DNA of 57,619 bases, counting the filler, from Basidiobolus ranarum (lineage: Eukaryota): assembly GCA_040143965.1 (NCBI GenBank). It is 7 parts of 7 records of this genome, joined end to end, with 100 filler letters (N's around TTAATTAATTAA, not from the genome) between each part and the next. Parts side by side here need not be neighbours in the genome. Positions count along the whole stretch, not along the records: positions 33,023 to 41,158 come from JASJQH010001011.1; positions 41,259 to 49,390 come from JASJQH010001012.1; positions 49,491 to 57,619 come from JASJQH010001013.1; 4 more parts are not named here. One strand, written 5' to 3'. Within the stretch, counting starts at the first letter, position 1. Every line of letters begins with the position of its first letter. Shown piece after piece: positions 38,015 to 49,911 of this stretch. The translations under genes were made by a program, and so were the position numbers. A model generated the notes under the pieces. The model had not been told where the DNA came from and did no database searches. It saw nothing but the letters and a program-made list of their open reading frames with translations.

Positions 38015-39610
38015 TTACCCACCAAATGGATTGACTGCAGAATACTTCTTGTAAATGAACGCGCCGGATGAAGGACGGGAGGAAAAGATAACATCATTTA
38101 ATTGCTCTTCAGTAAAATCCGGGAATTTTGGTCTGAAATACTCATTCTTAACTGTCTCAATGAAGTTATGCTCTTGATCTTCGGGAACCATTGAAACGGT
38201 ACAGCCACCCCAACCCGCGCCTGTTAACCGCGAGCCAAATGCTCCGGCCTTTCGGCAGATAAGTGTGAGCTCATCAAGCTCCTTGCATGAGCAGTGATAA
38301 TAGTCTCGACAAGAAGTTTGGCTCTCGTTCATTAGCTCGCCTAATTGATTCAACACATGTTGGCTATCTTCAATGGTGCCTTGGTTGCTCTCACATACAT
38401 CCCGGAACTTGACAACACGTAAGGCCTCGGAATACACATGGACAGCCCGAGTGTAAATGTGGAATATATCTGTACGAATTGGATATTTTGACATGAAGCG
38501 AGCATGAAGCTCATTTTCCGACAGTCCCACTGCTTTAGCCATTTCAGAAAGAGTATAGCCCTCGCGTCTGACAATAAGCTGGTCCACCAACTCCAGCATT
38601 TTGGTAAGTCTATTGATCCAGCGCTCAGTTACAGAAGTATGACTGGGCTCTTCGTTAGTAGTAAAATAAAGATCCATGACTTCCTTGAGGGTTTGTGGTT
38701 TTTCCTCAAGTAGGTTCAGCTCCTTAGCTAGCAACAATGCAGCCACTCTGGTCTCCACAACGCGTAAATTGTAACATACTGGAGCAGACACCACTTTGTC
38801 AGCTGTGACCATCGTATTCGCTACTACGAACGATATGGCAGGAATGGTTTTAGGGAAGTGAATTGGTGTGGTATGGAACTTGGGATGAAACTCGATGAAT
38901 GTGGCAGCATCAGCATGTGACATCACTGATGCCGTTTGATCCATACCACCACCATTAGTTCCAACATAGCGTTCAGAGGCGATAGCAATTTGAACAATAT
39001 CATTCTTGCTCAAGTTCTTTTTGTTGGCTACCATGGTGGCAATGGACGAAGTACACACAAATGCTGAAGAGCTGGACATACCAGCGCCAGAAGGGACTGA
39101 TCCATCCATAAGACAGAACATACCCGCAGGCTTCTCGAGCTTCAAAGACTCAAGCATACCTTTATAACCGGCTCGGAAATAATTGGTCCATTCATGGATA
39201 GTGTCATCAATATCAACAATCCTGTCTCTATCAATAAATGTAAATTCTCCAGTAGGGAATTTCGGATTTACGTTGGCTACACGAACTTTGCTATCTAACG
39301 AAGTAGTAGCTACCGCGATCAAGCAATCCCGATCGACAGCCATGGGTAGAACCGGAAATCCAGCGTAGTCAATGTGCTCACCTATGATATTGACACGACC
39401 CGGAGAACGGGCGATAAACTCCGCCTCGAAGCCATAGATGGATTTGAATTTCTGTAACAATTCACGATATCGTTTTCTGAGAAATTCAGTTAGTTAGGAA
39501 ATTGAGTAAGGCCGAGGCAATTATATGGCTTACATTTGGGTGGGAATTTTCGTTTCGGCATAAATATCCACTATAGACTTGGTGGTAGGAATGAAGTTAT
39601 CTTGGGACAT
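38015..39610 (-). CDS. GAL1: Galactokinase (GHMP kinase), exons 39610-39534 and 39476-38015
   Basis: [45 protein letters not shown]. Confidence 0.96.
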
Positions 39611-40639
39611 GTTTGCTATGTATTTGGACTTACCAAGGATAAATAATCGACTAATCGCTATGAAATGGTAATTTGTAGTTGTATGGGGAAGCCATTGGCG
39701 ATCACTCATCCTTTATACCTCCAATGGAGTCGAGATTCTTGATGGAACCTAGTGGCTTGTGGATCAGCAGAATTTTCGACCACGGTCACATGTCCCAATC
39801 GCAATCGTTGGTTATCCTTGGATGTATGGGGAAAGAATAAACTCTCACCGTGAATGGAATGATTCTACTCGCCAGTCTGCAGACATATTGCTCACATCAT
39901 ATTTCCTTTTCAAACCAAATCTGTGCGAATTTGATGTGAATAATCCTAGAAGTGACTCGACAGTTTCGAAATATCTCGCTTTTCAGAGAAGCAGTCTGAT
40001 CACCAGATCATGCTAATTGAATGCCATTTTCGGCATGGATGGTTTTGATGTAGATTCGACCAGGCTCGTGTGCCCTACCGATGTATTGTCATACGCTTGT
40101 GAGGTGAGGCGAGGCAGGTTTCTTTTCTTTTCAGTCACTAGTTGGCCATTACCGTCTACTAGAACATGTCTTCTGACTTCCTTTTCTGTGCAGCAACGAT
40201 GTTTTCGATTCGAGGTAGAAATATTCCCAGCAGGATATTAATTAAAATCTGGATAGGAACTCAGACTCCGAACTCTTACATAGAAGAGAAACTCTCCGGG
40301 TTACGATGTGCCTTATTAGGACATATCTCCATACATAGAAGTCAGAAATTAGTGTCCATGTACGATCATCCAAGTATAGATCTACCCTGGAGTAACTGCA
40401 GCTTAATGCATGACGTAGTTTGTGTCACTTGAAATTTGTCTATATTCAGTCTGTTGTCTCTTTGAACTGTGACGTATATATTTATTGATACTGAACATTA
40501 AACTGCTACAGTTTAAGATTAAATTTAACAAGTGATTCTTTGCGCTTGGATGCTATAGTGGGATCTTCTGATGAGAAATATTAATGACTACCATTGTGCC
40601 TAATATACATAGGTATTAGTGATGAAGATAAATTAGGAT

Positions 40640-41158
40640 CTATCCACCAATAGGGTTTGCTGCGGCATGCTTCTTGAAGATGAATGCCCCACTGGCGGGG
40701 CGAGAAGAGAAGATGGCGTTATCTAGCTCTTCCTCAGTGAAATAGGGGAACCGTCTGTTAAAGTACTCATTCTTGACTGTTTCAATGAACTTCTCAACTT
40801 GATCCTCGGGAACTAAGGATACAGTGCAGCCTCCCCACCCAGCACCAGTCCGACGAGAGCCCAATGCTCCTGCTTTGCGGCAAATAGTAGGGAGCTCCTC
40901 AAGCTCCGGGCAAGAACAATTGAAGTTATCTCGGCACGAATATTGACTCTCATTCATGAGATCACCCAATTGGCGTAGAATTGATTCACTGTTGGTCACA
41001 TTCGTTGCGTTACTCTCACAGATATCACGGAACTTGACAACTCTAAGTGATTCAGAGTAAACATGAATTGCACGAGTATATAGTTGGAATAGATCAGCAT
41101 GAACAGGGAACTTGGACATAAATTGTTGGTGAATTTCTGCTTCGGTAAGGCCGACAGC
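40640..41158 (-). CDS. Second galactokinase paralog, 3' part only (5' lost at contig end)
   Basis: Collinear with the C-terminal third of the 38015-39610 protein ([39 protein letters not shown]). Confidence 0.9.
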   Translation of the reverse strand, partial: AVGLTEAEIHQQFMSKFPVHADLFQLYTRAIHVYSESLRVVKFRDICESNATNVTNSESILRQLGDLMNESQYSCRDNFNCSCPELEELPTICRKAGALGSRRTGAGWGGCTVSLVPEDQVEKFIETVKNEYFNRRFPYFTEEELDNAIFSSRPASGAFIFKKHAAANPIGG

Positions 41159-41258
41159 NNNNNNNNNNNNNNNNNNNNNNNNNNNNNNNNNNNNNNNNNN
41201 NNTTAATTAATTAANNNNNNNNNNNNNNNNNNNNNNNNNNNNNNNNNNNNNNNNNNNN

Positions 41259-41667
41259 TTCAAGATATCATATCATGAAAGAACGTTATGCCAAGGACTT
41301 GATTGTGGAAGCAAACACTTTGAAGACTTTGGTACAACAACAGATCTTGCCTAGTGCCTACGAATATCGCAAGGAATTGGCACTCTCTGCAAACGCTTTG
41401 GATGCATTAAGCATTGATGCCACTGCAGAAAAGAAACTCTTAACCTTGATGAGCTCTATTGTTAAAGAACTTCAAGAAAATACCGAAACACTGGTATCAA
41501 GTGTTGACTCAGTTGAACAGCAAGATCACCTTGAACAGGCACGTGGTGCTTGCCAACAGATCCTCCCTAGTATGGACAAAGTGCGCACTCTTGCTGACAG
41601 ATTGGAAGAGGTAGTGGCTGATAAGTTCTGGGGCTTACCAAAGAATACTGAATTACTATTCTATTGA
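41259..41667 (+). CDS. Glutamine synthetase type III, C-terminal fragment
   Basis: ERYAKDLIVEANTL..QILPSA and ILPSMDKVRTLADRLEEVVADKFWGLPKNTELLF match the GSIII C-terminal pattern. Confidence 0.8.
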
Positions 41668-42249
41668 GCTGGTGAGATAAAAATCGAACTACTATCCTAT
41701 CGAGCTATTCAGATAAAAACCAAGCAATACAACTGGTGCTCTATGTTGTTTACTCTCACCCTCCTATCCCGTTCTTCTAAGGATTACTTTTATGGAAAAG
41801 CACTTCATGTAAATTCGAAACAGTCTTATTGATCTAAAGTATAATACCGAATAATTGCTCCACATTATAACCTTTAAGAACTGTAAAATTAATAAAATGA
41901 AATTACGTGAGTTTGTGAACATATGCTTTCGAAGTTCCGATGACAATCAGTAATATCAAAAATATCAGGAATATTAAAATGTCATAAGCTAGTAAAGGGG
42001 TTAGGGTTAGGGCTCACTGTACTCTGGCTCTAATATCAGGATTAGGCTTAGGTAATGAAGAATTATCGAAATCAATATTTTAACTGATTGATTTTAATCC
42101 AATAAAAAATCAGCTAAATTTCATTTTGATAAAACTTAATAATAGTAAAAAAAGGACTCATGAATAGTAATGCATACATACTCTTACATTAAAGTAAACC
42201 TCCTTTATCACTCTATCATTTTGAGTAAAACCTTTAGAAGTCACGTCCA

Positions 42250-43148
42250 ATGTACTATTTATTTATTTTCTTACTTTTCGTTACGAAAACACTTTTAACA
42301 AGTACAAAACTTATTTTTAGGTCGAATTATTGGGTCTCGAACCAAAAATTTTGGTGTAAATACTGCAAGATCTATATCACAGATAATAAACCGGTGAGTA
42401 ATAGCTAATGCACGAATACCTCTAACCAAAGTTCACTTCTACGTATCATCCATAAATAACCCACTCACTCACTTTCTCTCTAAATAGAGTAGACAAATCC
42501 ACGATAATGGTAAAAAACATAAGGATAATGTTAAACTATACCTTAGACAGGTCGATAAAAAATCCGAAGAAACACGTAGAGAACAGGATATTATGAAGAT
42601 GGAATTACGCCGTATTGAAAGAGTATGTTATGTTGTCAAATTATTGGTTCTTTTATTGGACTCTGGTTAAAAGATACTTGATGACTCATTTTCTTCATGG
42701 AATTTAGGCAGCATATAGGCAATATGCACAAGATATTTTAGATGGCGCACCAGTTCCTGCGATTCCAATGAAAAAACCCCCACCACCAGCTATCCCTCAA
42801 TCTTCTGCATATTCGCACCCCGTACCACCACCAGAAGAAGAAAATCAAACCGAAGACGCAGATGGGGGGCCACAGATTGGACCCTGGGTCACAGTGGAAA
42901 AACCCAAACCACGAGCTACTCCTAAAACCAAGGAAACTTCAGATGTGCCATATGTAGAGGATGATGAAGAGGAAGAAGACGATTTGAAGAACTTCAAAAT
43001 CACCGAAAAATCTTACCCACTTGAAAGTGATTACAATATTAACTCTGAAGACACTACATCAAACGATGCCCCTGAAACCTCATCTCTCTTTAAAAAGAGA
43101 AAGAGTGACTCTGCAGGAAAAAAGAGAAATATACGAAAGAAAACTTAA
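42250..43148 (+). CDS. WBP4: U1C/matrin-type zinc-finger splicing factor, WBP4/FBP21-like (exons 42250-42251, 42321-42393, 42488-42622, 42708-43148)
   Basis: MSNYWVSNQKFWCKYCKIYITDNKPSRQIHDNGKKHKDNV; GPWVTV motif; basic C-terminus FKKRK; no WW domains seen. Confidence 0.85.
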
Positions 43149-43360
43149 TTGTGAATCTCAATTAAAAGTACACTCATTCATGTCCCACCCATACTATTCC
43201 CTTATTCTTAGCTTAAACTACGGTCACAATGAACGAAGCTCTTCGAGCAAATAAACATGTACATATATTTCAATAGAAACTCTGAATGCAAGAAATATGT
43301 TGATTTACAATTCGACAATATAGAATGTATATTTTATTGGAATGAAACTGGCTAGATTGC

Positions 43361-43993
43361 TTATTTCTTGACCTTTTGAGCTTCCTCTTCAGCCTTGAGC
43401 TTAGCACGCTTCTCGCGAATACCACGGTAACGTTGCTCAGAGCGAACGTTACGAAGAGTGGCGTAAGCAGAGGCATTCTTCTCCTCGTCAGTAACCTTGC
43501 GAGCCTTCTCCTTCTTGAAGACTTGGGCAACAGGCAAGACGGGGCCAGAGATTTGCTTGGCTTCAGCGATCTCAGAAGCTTCGCTATCACCCTTCTTGAC
43601 CTTACCGGCCTTCTTGGGGAAGACGATGAGCTTAGCTCTGTAGGCCTTGAGGCGTTGAACGTTCAAGTTGAGGGATTCATCAGACTTGTTGCGACGACGA
43701 TGATCAACAGAGATACCAATGGTCATGGCTTCCTTGCGTCTGATACCAGCCTCCTTAAGTTCTTCCAAAGTGAAACCCTTTCCGGATCTCAACTTGGTGT
43801 TGTACTTGATAGTAGGGCATCTGACGGCAGGTCTGAGGAGACCGTCAACGGGGCGAGGAGCGATAGCAGCAGCCTTGGCAACGCGATTAAGTCTTCTGCG
43901 CTTCTTACGTCCGGCTTGATCGAACCAGGTTTTGACACGCAATTGCCAGTCCTTACGGAAATGGTTGTTGGGCAACTGATTGTTGTGCTTCAT
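43361..43993 (-). CDS. RPL13: 60S ribosomal protein L13 (eL13)
   Basis: [49 protein letters not shown]; strong codon bias; AG acceptor 3 nt before the ATG. Confidence 0.98.
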   Translation of the reverse strand: MKHNNQLPNNHFRKDWQLRVKTWFDQAGRKKRRRLNRVAKAAAIAPRPVDGLLRPAVRCPTIKYNTKLRSGKGFTLEELKEAGIRRKEAMTIGISVDHRRRNKSDESLNLNVQRLKAYRAKLIVFPKKAGKVKKGDSEASEIAEAKQISGPVLPVAQVFKKEKARKVTDEEKNASAYATLRNVRSEQRYRGIREKRAKLKAEEEAQKVKK

Positions 43994-44456
43994 TTCCTAT
44001 TAGATAAATTGAAGTTAAAGAGAATAATAACATCTAGATAAACAGCAAGTTGGATGGATGTCCACTAGAATTTCATTGATTTCATTCACTCCCCCCATCA
44101 TCTTATTCACATACAAAAAAAGGATACGGTTGTTTTGGAACAACAAGGACTTGAAGGAAAGAGAAGGAATCTCTGCCCATTACGAGAACTATTTTATAAA
44201 GCGACCAGTTAAAATTCGTGACCATTCACTTTTTATTGGTGTATTCGGTGCAAAATTTCGGGATTATTTTCAAGATTCACTTGGAATTAACATGATTTGA
44301 ATGAAAAAAATTTCCCTCGATTAACTGATGGAAGTGGATTTTTTTCTTGTTTCAACTTGGTTCGATGGTTTATGGTTAAGCCATTTGGCTTATTATTAAT
44401 CAAATATGTTTAAGATTATTTTCATTGGTGGTTACCATTGCGTTTCGAATGGAACC

Positions 44457-44474
44457 TTAGGGTAACCCTAACCC
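44457..44474. promoter_or_regulatory. Near-palindromic telobox/Tbf1-like site upstream of RPL13
   Basis: TTAGGGT-A-ACCCTAA followed by CCC. Confidence 0.55.
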
Positions 44475-44795
44475 AGCCGTATGGTTTTCCCAATTCACCC
44501 GTTAATACCTCATAACATCTACTTGTTACATGTATCACATACAGCCATTAACATACTTGGTGTTAGCTGACACTGGTGCGTGCTAAGCTATATTTCCTCC
44601 ACATATAGTCTCATTTTGATATTTAATATTCTAGGTGAGTATCTCACTCGCGAGACATGCACAAATTCTGATAAAGCACTAGAAACTGATAGTAATACAT
44701 AAAATATAGAACAACAAAATTTAACGAGGAAATATTCGCTTTCCCAGAGTTTATTGGTATTCACAAGTGATAAATTAAAGCGTATAGACAACACT

Positions 44796-45194
44796 CTAGT
44801 TCTCTTGAGTACGAAGTCTGGCATTAGCGTTGGTGACCTTAACGTTTAATTGTTGGGCACGTTCAACGATGGAAATGCGGTTCTTGGAGCTGACATTGTG
44901 GGCAATTTCGGCAGCGTAGGTACGGTTGTGCATCAACAAAACTTCCAACTCCTTAACACTGGAGACGACAAACTTCTTGAAACCGTTGGGCATCAAGTTA
45001 CGGGTCTTCTTGTTAGATCCATAACCAATGCTGGGCATAGGGATTTGTCCCTTGAATCTACGACGGACACGATTATCAATACCCTTGGGCTTTCTCCAAG
45101 CCTCCTTGACGGTCTTGTAGCGGTCAGATTGATGACGCTTGAAGGGCTTGGTGCGCTTCTTGACAATAGAGACTTTGTTAACGGAGGAAACCAT
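44796..45194 (-). CDS. RPL32: 60S ribosomal protein L32 (eL32)
   Basis: [46 protein letters not shown]; probable 5'UTR intron ending 7 nt before the ATG. Confidence 0.98.
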   Translation of the reverse strand: MVSSVNKVSIVKKRTKPFKRHQSDRYKTVKEAWRKPKGIDNRVRRRFKGQIPMPSIGYGSNKKTRNLMPNGFKKFVVSSVKELEVLLMHNRTYAAEIAHNVSSKNRISIVERAQQLNVKVTNANARLRTQEN

Positions 45195-45458
45195 CTTGAT
45201 ACTAAATAGAAGGTTGATGTTAGTATGCTGGGTTGTACATTGCTTTCTGCATCAACTACTGATATTAAGATGTGAATCTGTGAATGGATGCCATATATCA
45301 AATAGATGGCTCTAAAACTATTAATGGATGCAAATTTACCTTGCTCACGCAGCCAAATGGATAGGGGAAGAGGAAGAACTTGGCGAGCCTACCTGGTTTG
45401 TTTTAAAACTTGCCTATCGAATCGGAAAAAAATCAACAGTCAAAAATGACCACGATTT

Positions 45459-45486
45459 TCACGTGACTCAGAAGCCCTAACCCTAA
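45459..45486. promoter_or_regulatory. CDEI/E-box plus telobox in the divergent RPL32/DCP1 promoter
   Basis: TCACGTGAC (45459-45467) followed by AGCCCTAACCCTAA (45473-45486). Confidence 0.6.
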
Positions 45487-45763
45487 GGTTGGAATAGTCT
45501 AAGTGGTTGTTTGTAGAAATGGGTTAGATGTAATCAAGATAGAGTAAGTTTACGAAAAACGCGTAACTTATATAACTATTCTTGAATGTGAAACGAGTCC
45601 AATGAATAGAAATAATGATGAAGTTATGCTTACATACACTCGAAATGTAGTTCAGAATCGCGTAGTAATAGAGATTTTTTCCTATCTTGGCTTTCATACT
45701 CGTCATACCAGATAAAGTTTTACAACCTTCGCTCACTTACACTAACCATATACTTTACACATA

Positions 45764-47299
45764 ATGGATCCCGAGGCCAGACGTGCCGCTAACCTGAATG
45801 TCTTGCAAAGACTTGATAGAAATATAACCGAAATACTAGATAGTTCTAGTCACGTCGTGGTTTATAAATTTGATAATGACACACAATCCTGGGTATTGTA
45901 TTAAACTTTCCATTGTCACTTCTCTTCTCTTACCAAAAACGTCATCTTTTAAAATGGCTAACACGTTTATTTTCCTTCCCTCAAGACTAAAAAAGGCGTT
46001 GAAGGAACGATGTTTTTATTTAAAAGGTAAATTAACTATTTCCTCATTAACATTATTACTATGCAAGTTTTTCTAAATAACTTCTCACAGAGAGATATCG
46101 CCCAAATATGGTTTCTTTGTTATGAATCGTTTGAGCATTGATAACTTTATCGTCTATCTTAATGGCAACATGGATCTGCAAATAACTACCGACTTTATTA
46201 TATATAGAACTGGCGAAGGTAAGCATCCTCATTGATGATTAAAATTAGTTGCTCAACATTAATCTTTTTATTAGAAGATATTCATGGAATTTGGATGTAC
46301 GAGACTCGCGACCGTGAACGCGTAGGCCATGAGCTTGTTGAGTACGTGTTATAGTATATGAGACGGATGTACTTTCCGTGAGTTAAAATCCTCACTTTTC
46401 TAAAACCGGTTCCTCTACTTCATTTGTTTAGCTATTGTGAGAGAGCCAAAATTGAAGACGCTATGCCTTCCATAACAAATTCATCTGTTGAGCCTAAGCA
46501 TGATATTCTAGATATGCTTCAAAGAGCTCGTGAAAAGAATCCCCCAACATCGGAACGACCAAACTCTCATTATCAATCCCCTCAAGATATTCCAATTTCC
46601 GTTAACCCAAGCTCAAATCAACCAGACATTCTTGGAAATTTATTCAGAAAAGCAAATACCGCGTATCAACATACTTCAGCACCTCAACAAGCCCAACCGA
46701 CTCCATTGCCTGGTGGTCCAGTATGTTTCAATTTATTCAGTTGTCGGTACTTCCACAGTGTTAAAAATACTTTCATTTTAGATAACTCCCGGGAGTAGCG
46801 GTGGAACAGCCCCCGATTCCAATGCTCTGCTCAGTCTTTTGCAAGGTGGACATACTAATCCTATGGCACCTAGTCCGTCTCAACTAGAGAGACCAACTAT
46901 GTCACATATGCAACATAATACTATCTCTCCTCATATGCCGCTCCATATGCCACCGATTCTTCCACCCAATGTGAATCGGTTTTCTCCTCACCCTCCGGTT
47001 CTTCCCCATGGTATGGTGCCAATGCCACTCTTACACCCTGCCCAAGCCTTAGATGCTTCAATATCAGTGATTCCACCTCAACATATCGGTCAGAATAGAC
47101 CATTGTCTAGAGCTGAGTACATTGGTCACTATATCCATTTACTGCAGGTATGTTTCGATAGTTAAGCGTATCTTGATTTCTTACATACTAACGATACAAT
47201 TCTTGATCTACTTAGAATGACCCAATTTTTGCCGACTTGCTGTATCAAAGATATTTAAAGCAAGGAAGCCAAGAGGAGGTATACAGACCTAACATGTAA
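45764..47299 (+). CDS. DCP1: mRNA decapping subunit Dcp1, multi-exon
   Basis: EVH1 domain NLNVLQRLD..ILDSSSHVVVYKF, KKGVEGTMF, YGFFVMNRLS, IHGIWMY; Pro-rich linker; C-terminal helix IHLLQNDPIFADLLYQRY. Confidence 0.93.
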
Positions 47300-48853
47300 T
47301 GAAATATCATGATTTCTCGAGGGAGGGGGAGTTTGTCACCCAAGAGTTTGGAATGATCTTGGTTTAACTACTCCAACCTAACCCTAACCTCTTCTGTTTC
47401 CCATTCATTCCTTTCCCTTTCCCTTTCTCATTCCCATTCAATATAAAACTTCAATATTATCCCGAATTTTCACGATCGATTTGAATGTGTAAATATCCAT
47501 TGACTTTTATATACTTCTTGAAACTATTCGATCGAAAACATGGGATTTATTTAACATGATAATTAAAATGATTCCAATCTCATTTCTAGTAATTATTGAT
47601 GGGTTAGAACCAATGGTTATTAATATACAGGTCACTAATATTTTTAGAAAAATATCATACTGAACTGAAATACTGATATTTTTTCAAATGATTTTACAAG
47701 GGTTTATTTATAACATACCCTTTCCATGGCTTCCTCAGGTATGAATATACTCTGAGTATATCGAATCATTGTTACTTAGACTCATCAGGCATTAAACTAA
47801 TTGTATTGTATGTATTGACTAACTAATAATGTCAATATTTAAATGCAAGTGCAGCAACAATCATAGAATCACTATGCGCATGGTGAAAATCTTAGGATCC
47901 AGGTAGCTACGAAATCTAAATATGAAATGGAAATTCCGATTAATCGATATTTACAACAGGGGTTTTTACAATCAACCAAAATTCGATCCTAATTATAGAT
48001 AGTTAAATCAATCTATTTAGTTTCAAACTACGATTCGGTCTAGAACGTTTACGTCTAGTAGTTTTGGCCACGTTTAGCAATGCAGCCCTACATGTAAACC
48101 AACGGTATGTGCCATTTCAATCATGAGGTTTTTCATTATTGTTGCTTGTGAGAAAATATCGGCAGTATTACTTGGCAATTTACCTTATGGCATTTAACTC
48201 CCCAATGGGTAAATCCAGCATCAAAACTTTCTAGCTACATAAGGTCAACTTCATCGATAGTTTTCATTAGAAAAATCCATGATTTGGTGAACTTTCCAAT
48301 GCCAACACTCGACCCCAACTTCAATTCCAATCCAGATCCTTTTCCCACTCTATTTACTATTTCCCAAATAATCCACATTCACTTGACAAATCTATGATGT
48401 GAACGACTTGACCAATATGGAAATGATATACCCGAACATCAGGATTTAGGGAGGTTTTGATGTAACTGTATTGCAATTGCCAATATAATCATCATATGAG
48501 CTACTCTGGATTCGTGTTGATTTCTTCAATTCATACCTTAAAAATTGGTTCAGTCAATGGCTTCTGATGGTGAGTAATCTAATATTCATTGCAATCTCTT
48601 TCTGCGTGTGAATCATTCTTTGTGAACCATTTTTCACATTCTTCATATTGATAAGGTGAAAAATATATACTTATACCGGATATTGGCTTACTTGAGATAG
48701 AAAGTTTCGAAACAAGTCAAATGACTCAAATTGATCTACAAGGGGCGCTATTTCTTCAAAAAATTCGGAACTAACGTGAGTATATAACATGCGGTGGCAA
48801 TGCTAGTTTGAATACAACAAGCTTCTTTGGTATTCCTGTCAGTTTCTATTACT

Positions 48854-49390
48854 ATGGTCAATATTCGCGTATTTGCTTTAGGGTCTCTCCTTGCTATCGT
48901 CTTGGCTATGCCAGTCACTGAAGCTCAGATTGTGGATGTCTCTAACCGCTATATCGTCAAGATCAAGGAAGGTGCTGACTCCAACAAAGGTAAGAGGAAA
49001 TGAATGGGTCATAATTCATAGATGAGGAATTCAAACCAATGCTTATATTTTCTCAATTGTCATTATAGTTGACCAATTTCTCAAGACTAAACTTGATCAG
49101 TATAACCGCGGACGCAGTGGAAACAACTCCCTCAAGAATGAACTCAAGAATAAGTTCAGCTTAGAGAACTTCAACGCTTACTCTGGTGTCCTCAGTCAAG
49201 CACTAGTTGGTGAGCTCAAGGCTAATGGTGATGTCGAGTATGTCGAAGCTGAGCAAGTGTTCACTGTCTCTGGTGTTCAGAATAGCCCACCCAGTTGGGG
49301 TCTTCCAAGAGTCTCTCAACGTGCATTGAATGCCACTGCCCCCTACAACTACCCAGACTCGGCTGGGGAAGGTGTTGATGTGTCCCTCAT
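48854..49390 (+). CDS. Secreted subtilisin/proteinase K-like S8 protease with I9 propeptide, 3'-truncated
   Basis: Signal peptide, NRYIVKIK, DVEYVEAEQV, PSWGLPRVSQR, YNYPDSAGEGVDV; one intron at ~48990-49068. Confidence 0.93.
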
Positions 49391-49490
49391 NNNNNNNNNN
49401 NNNNNNNNNNNNNNNNNNNNNNNNNNNNNNNNNNTTAATTAATTAANNNNNNNNNNNNNNNNNNNNNNNNNNNNNNNNNNNNNNNNNNNN

Positions 49491-49911
49491 TCACCAGCAT
49501 GAAACACTGGGTTTGCCAGTTCAATATGACCAAAATGCCCCGGGCATTCTACCATCCCGTCACCGCACGTGTGGCCCCGGTAGTTGCGATCTATCGTACC
49601 CATCCTGGGATCGAGAAGACCATTGGGCTTGAGCTTTTGAACACCTTCTTCCATAGTTTCGGGATATTCAATCTTAGCAACAGACATGGCTTTCTATGAC
49701 ATCATTTGGTGAATTAAAGATAATGGTAGTACTTTTAGAGTACTGAAATATATTATAAACTGATACGTGCAGATAACAGTTCAACATCAAATCACAAAAA
49801 TCGGCTCTTAACTTAAAAAGATACAATCTCTTCTGGAGATAAAATTCCAAACTGAACAGATTTTACTCGTTGCAATGGTGCAGACGAATAAGCAAAGCCA
49901 TAAGGATTCAT
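49491..49911 (-). CDS. RPB1: RNA polymerase II largest subunit, N-terminal fragment
   Basis: [58 protein letters not shown]; one intron; cut by contig end. Confidence 0.93.

Noticed and set aside
40640..41667. Apparent clustering of galactokinase with GSIII (likewise S8 protease with RPB1)
   Set aside because: The genes lie on different contigs separated by linkers
41997..42013. TTAGGG repeats as a telomere or interstitial telomeric array
   Set aside because: Only about two units, internal to the contig; better treated as a candidate promoter motif
43376..44041. 221-aa ORF antisense to RPL13 (also 44850-45209 and 51913-52236)
   Set aside because: Antisense shadows of highly codon-biased genes; no recognisable protein features
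44000..44115. Possible snoRNA in the RPL13 leader intron
   Set aside because: Only an imperfect box C (ATGATGG) and no CTGA box D downstream within the intron
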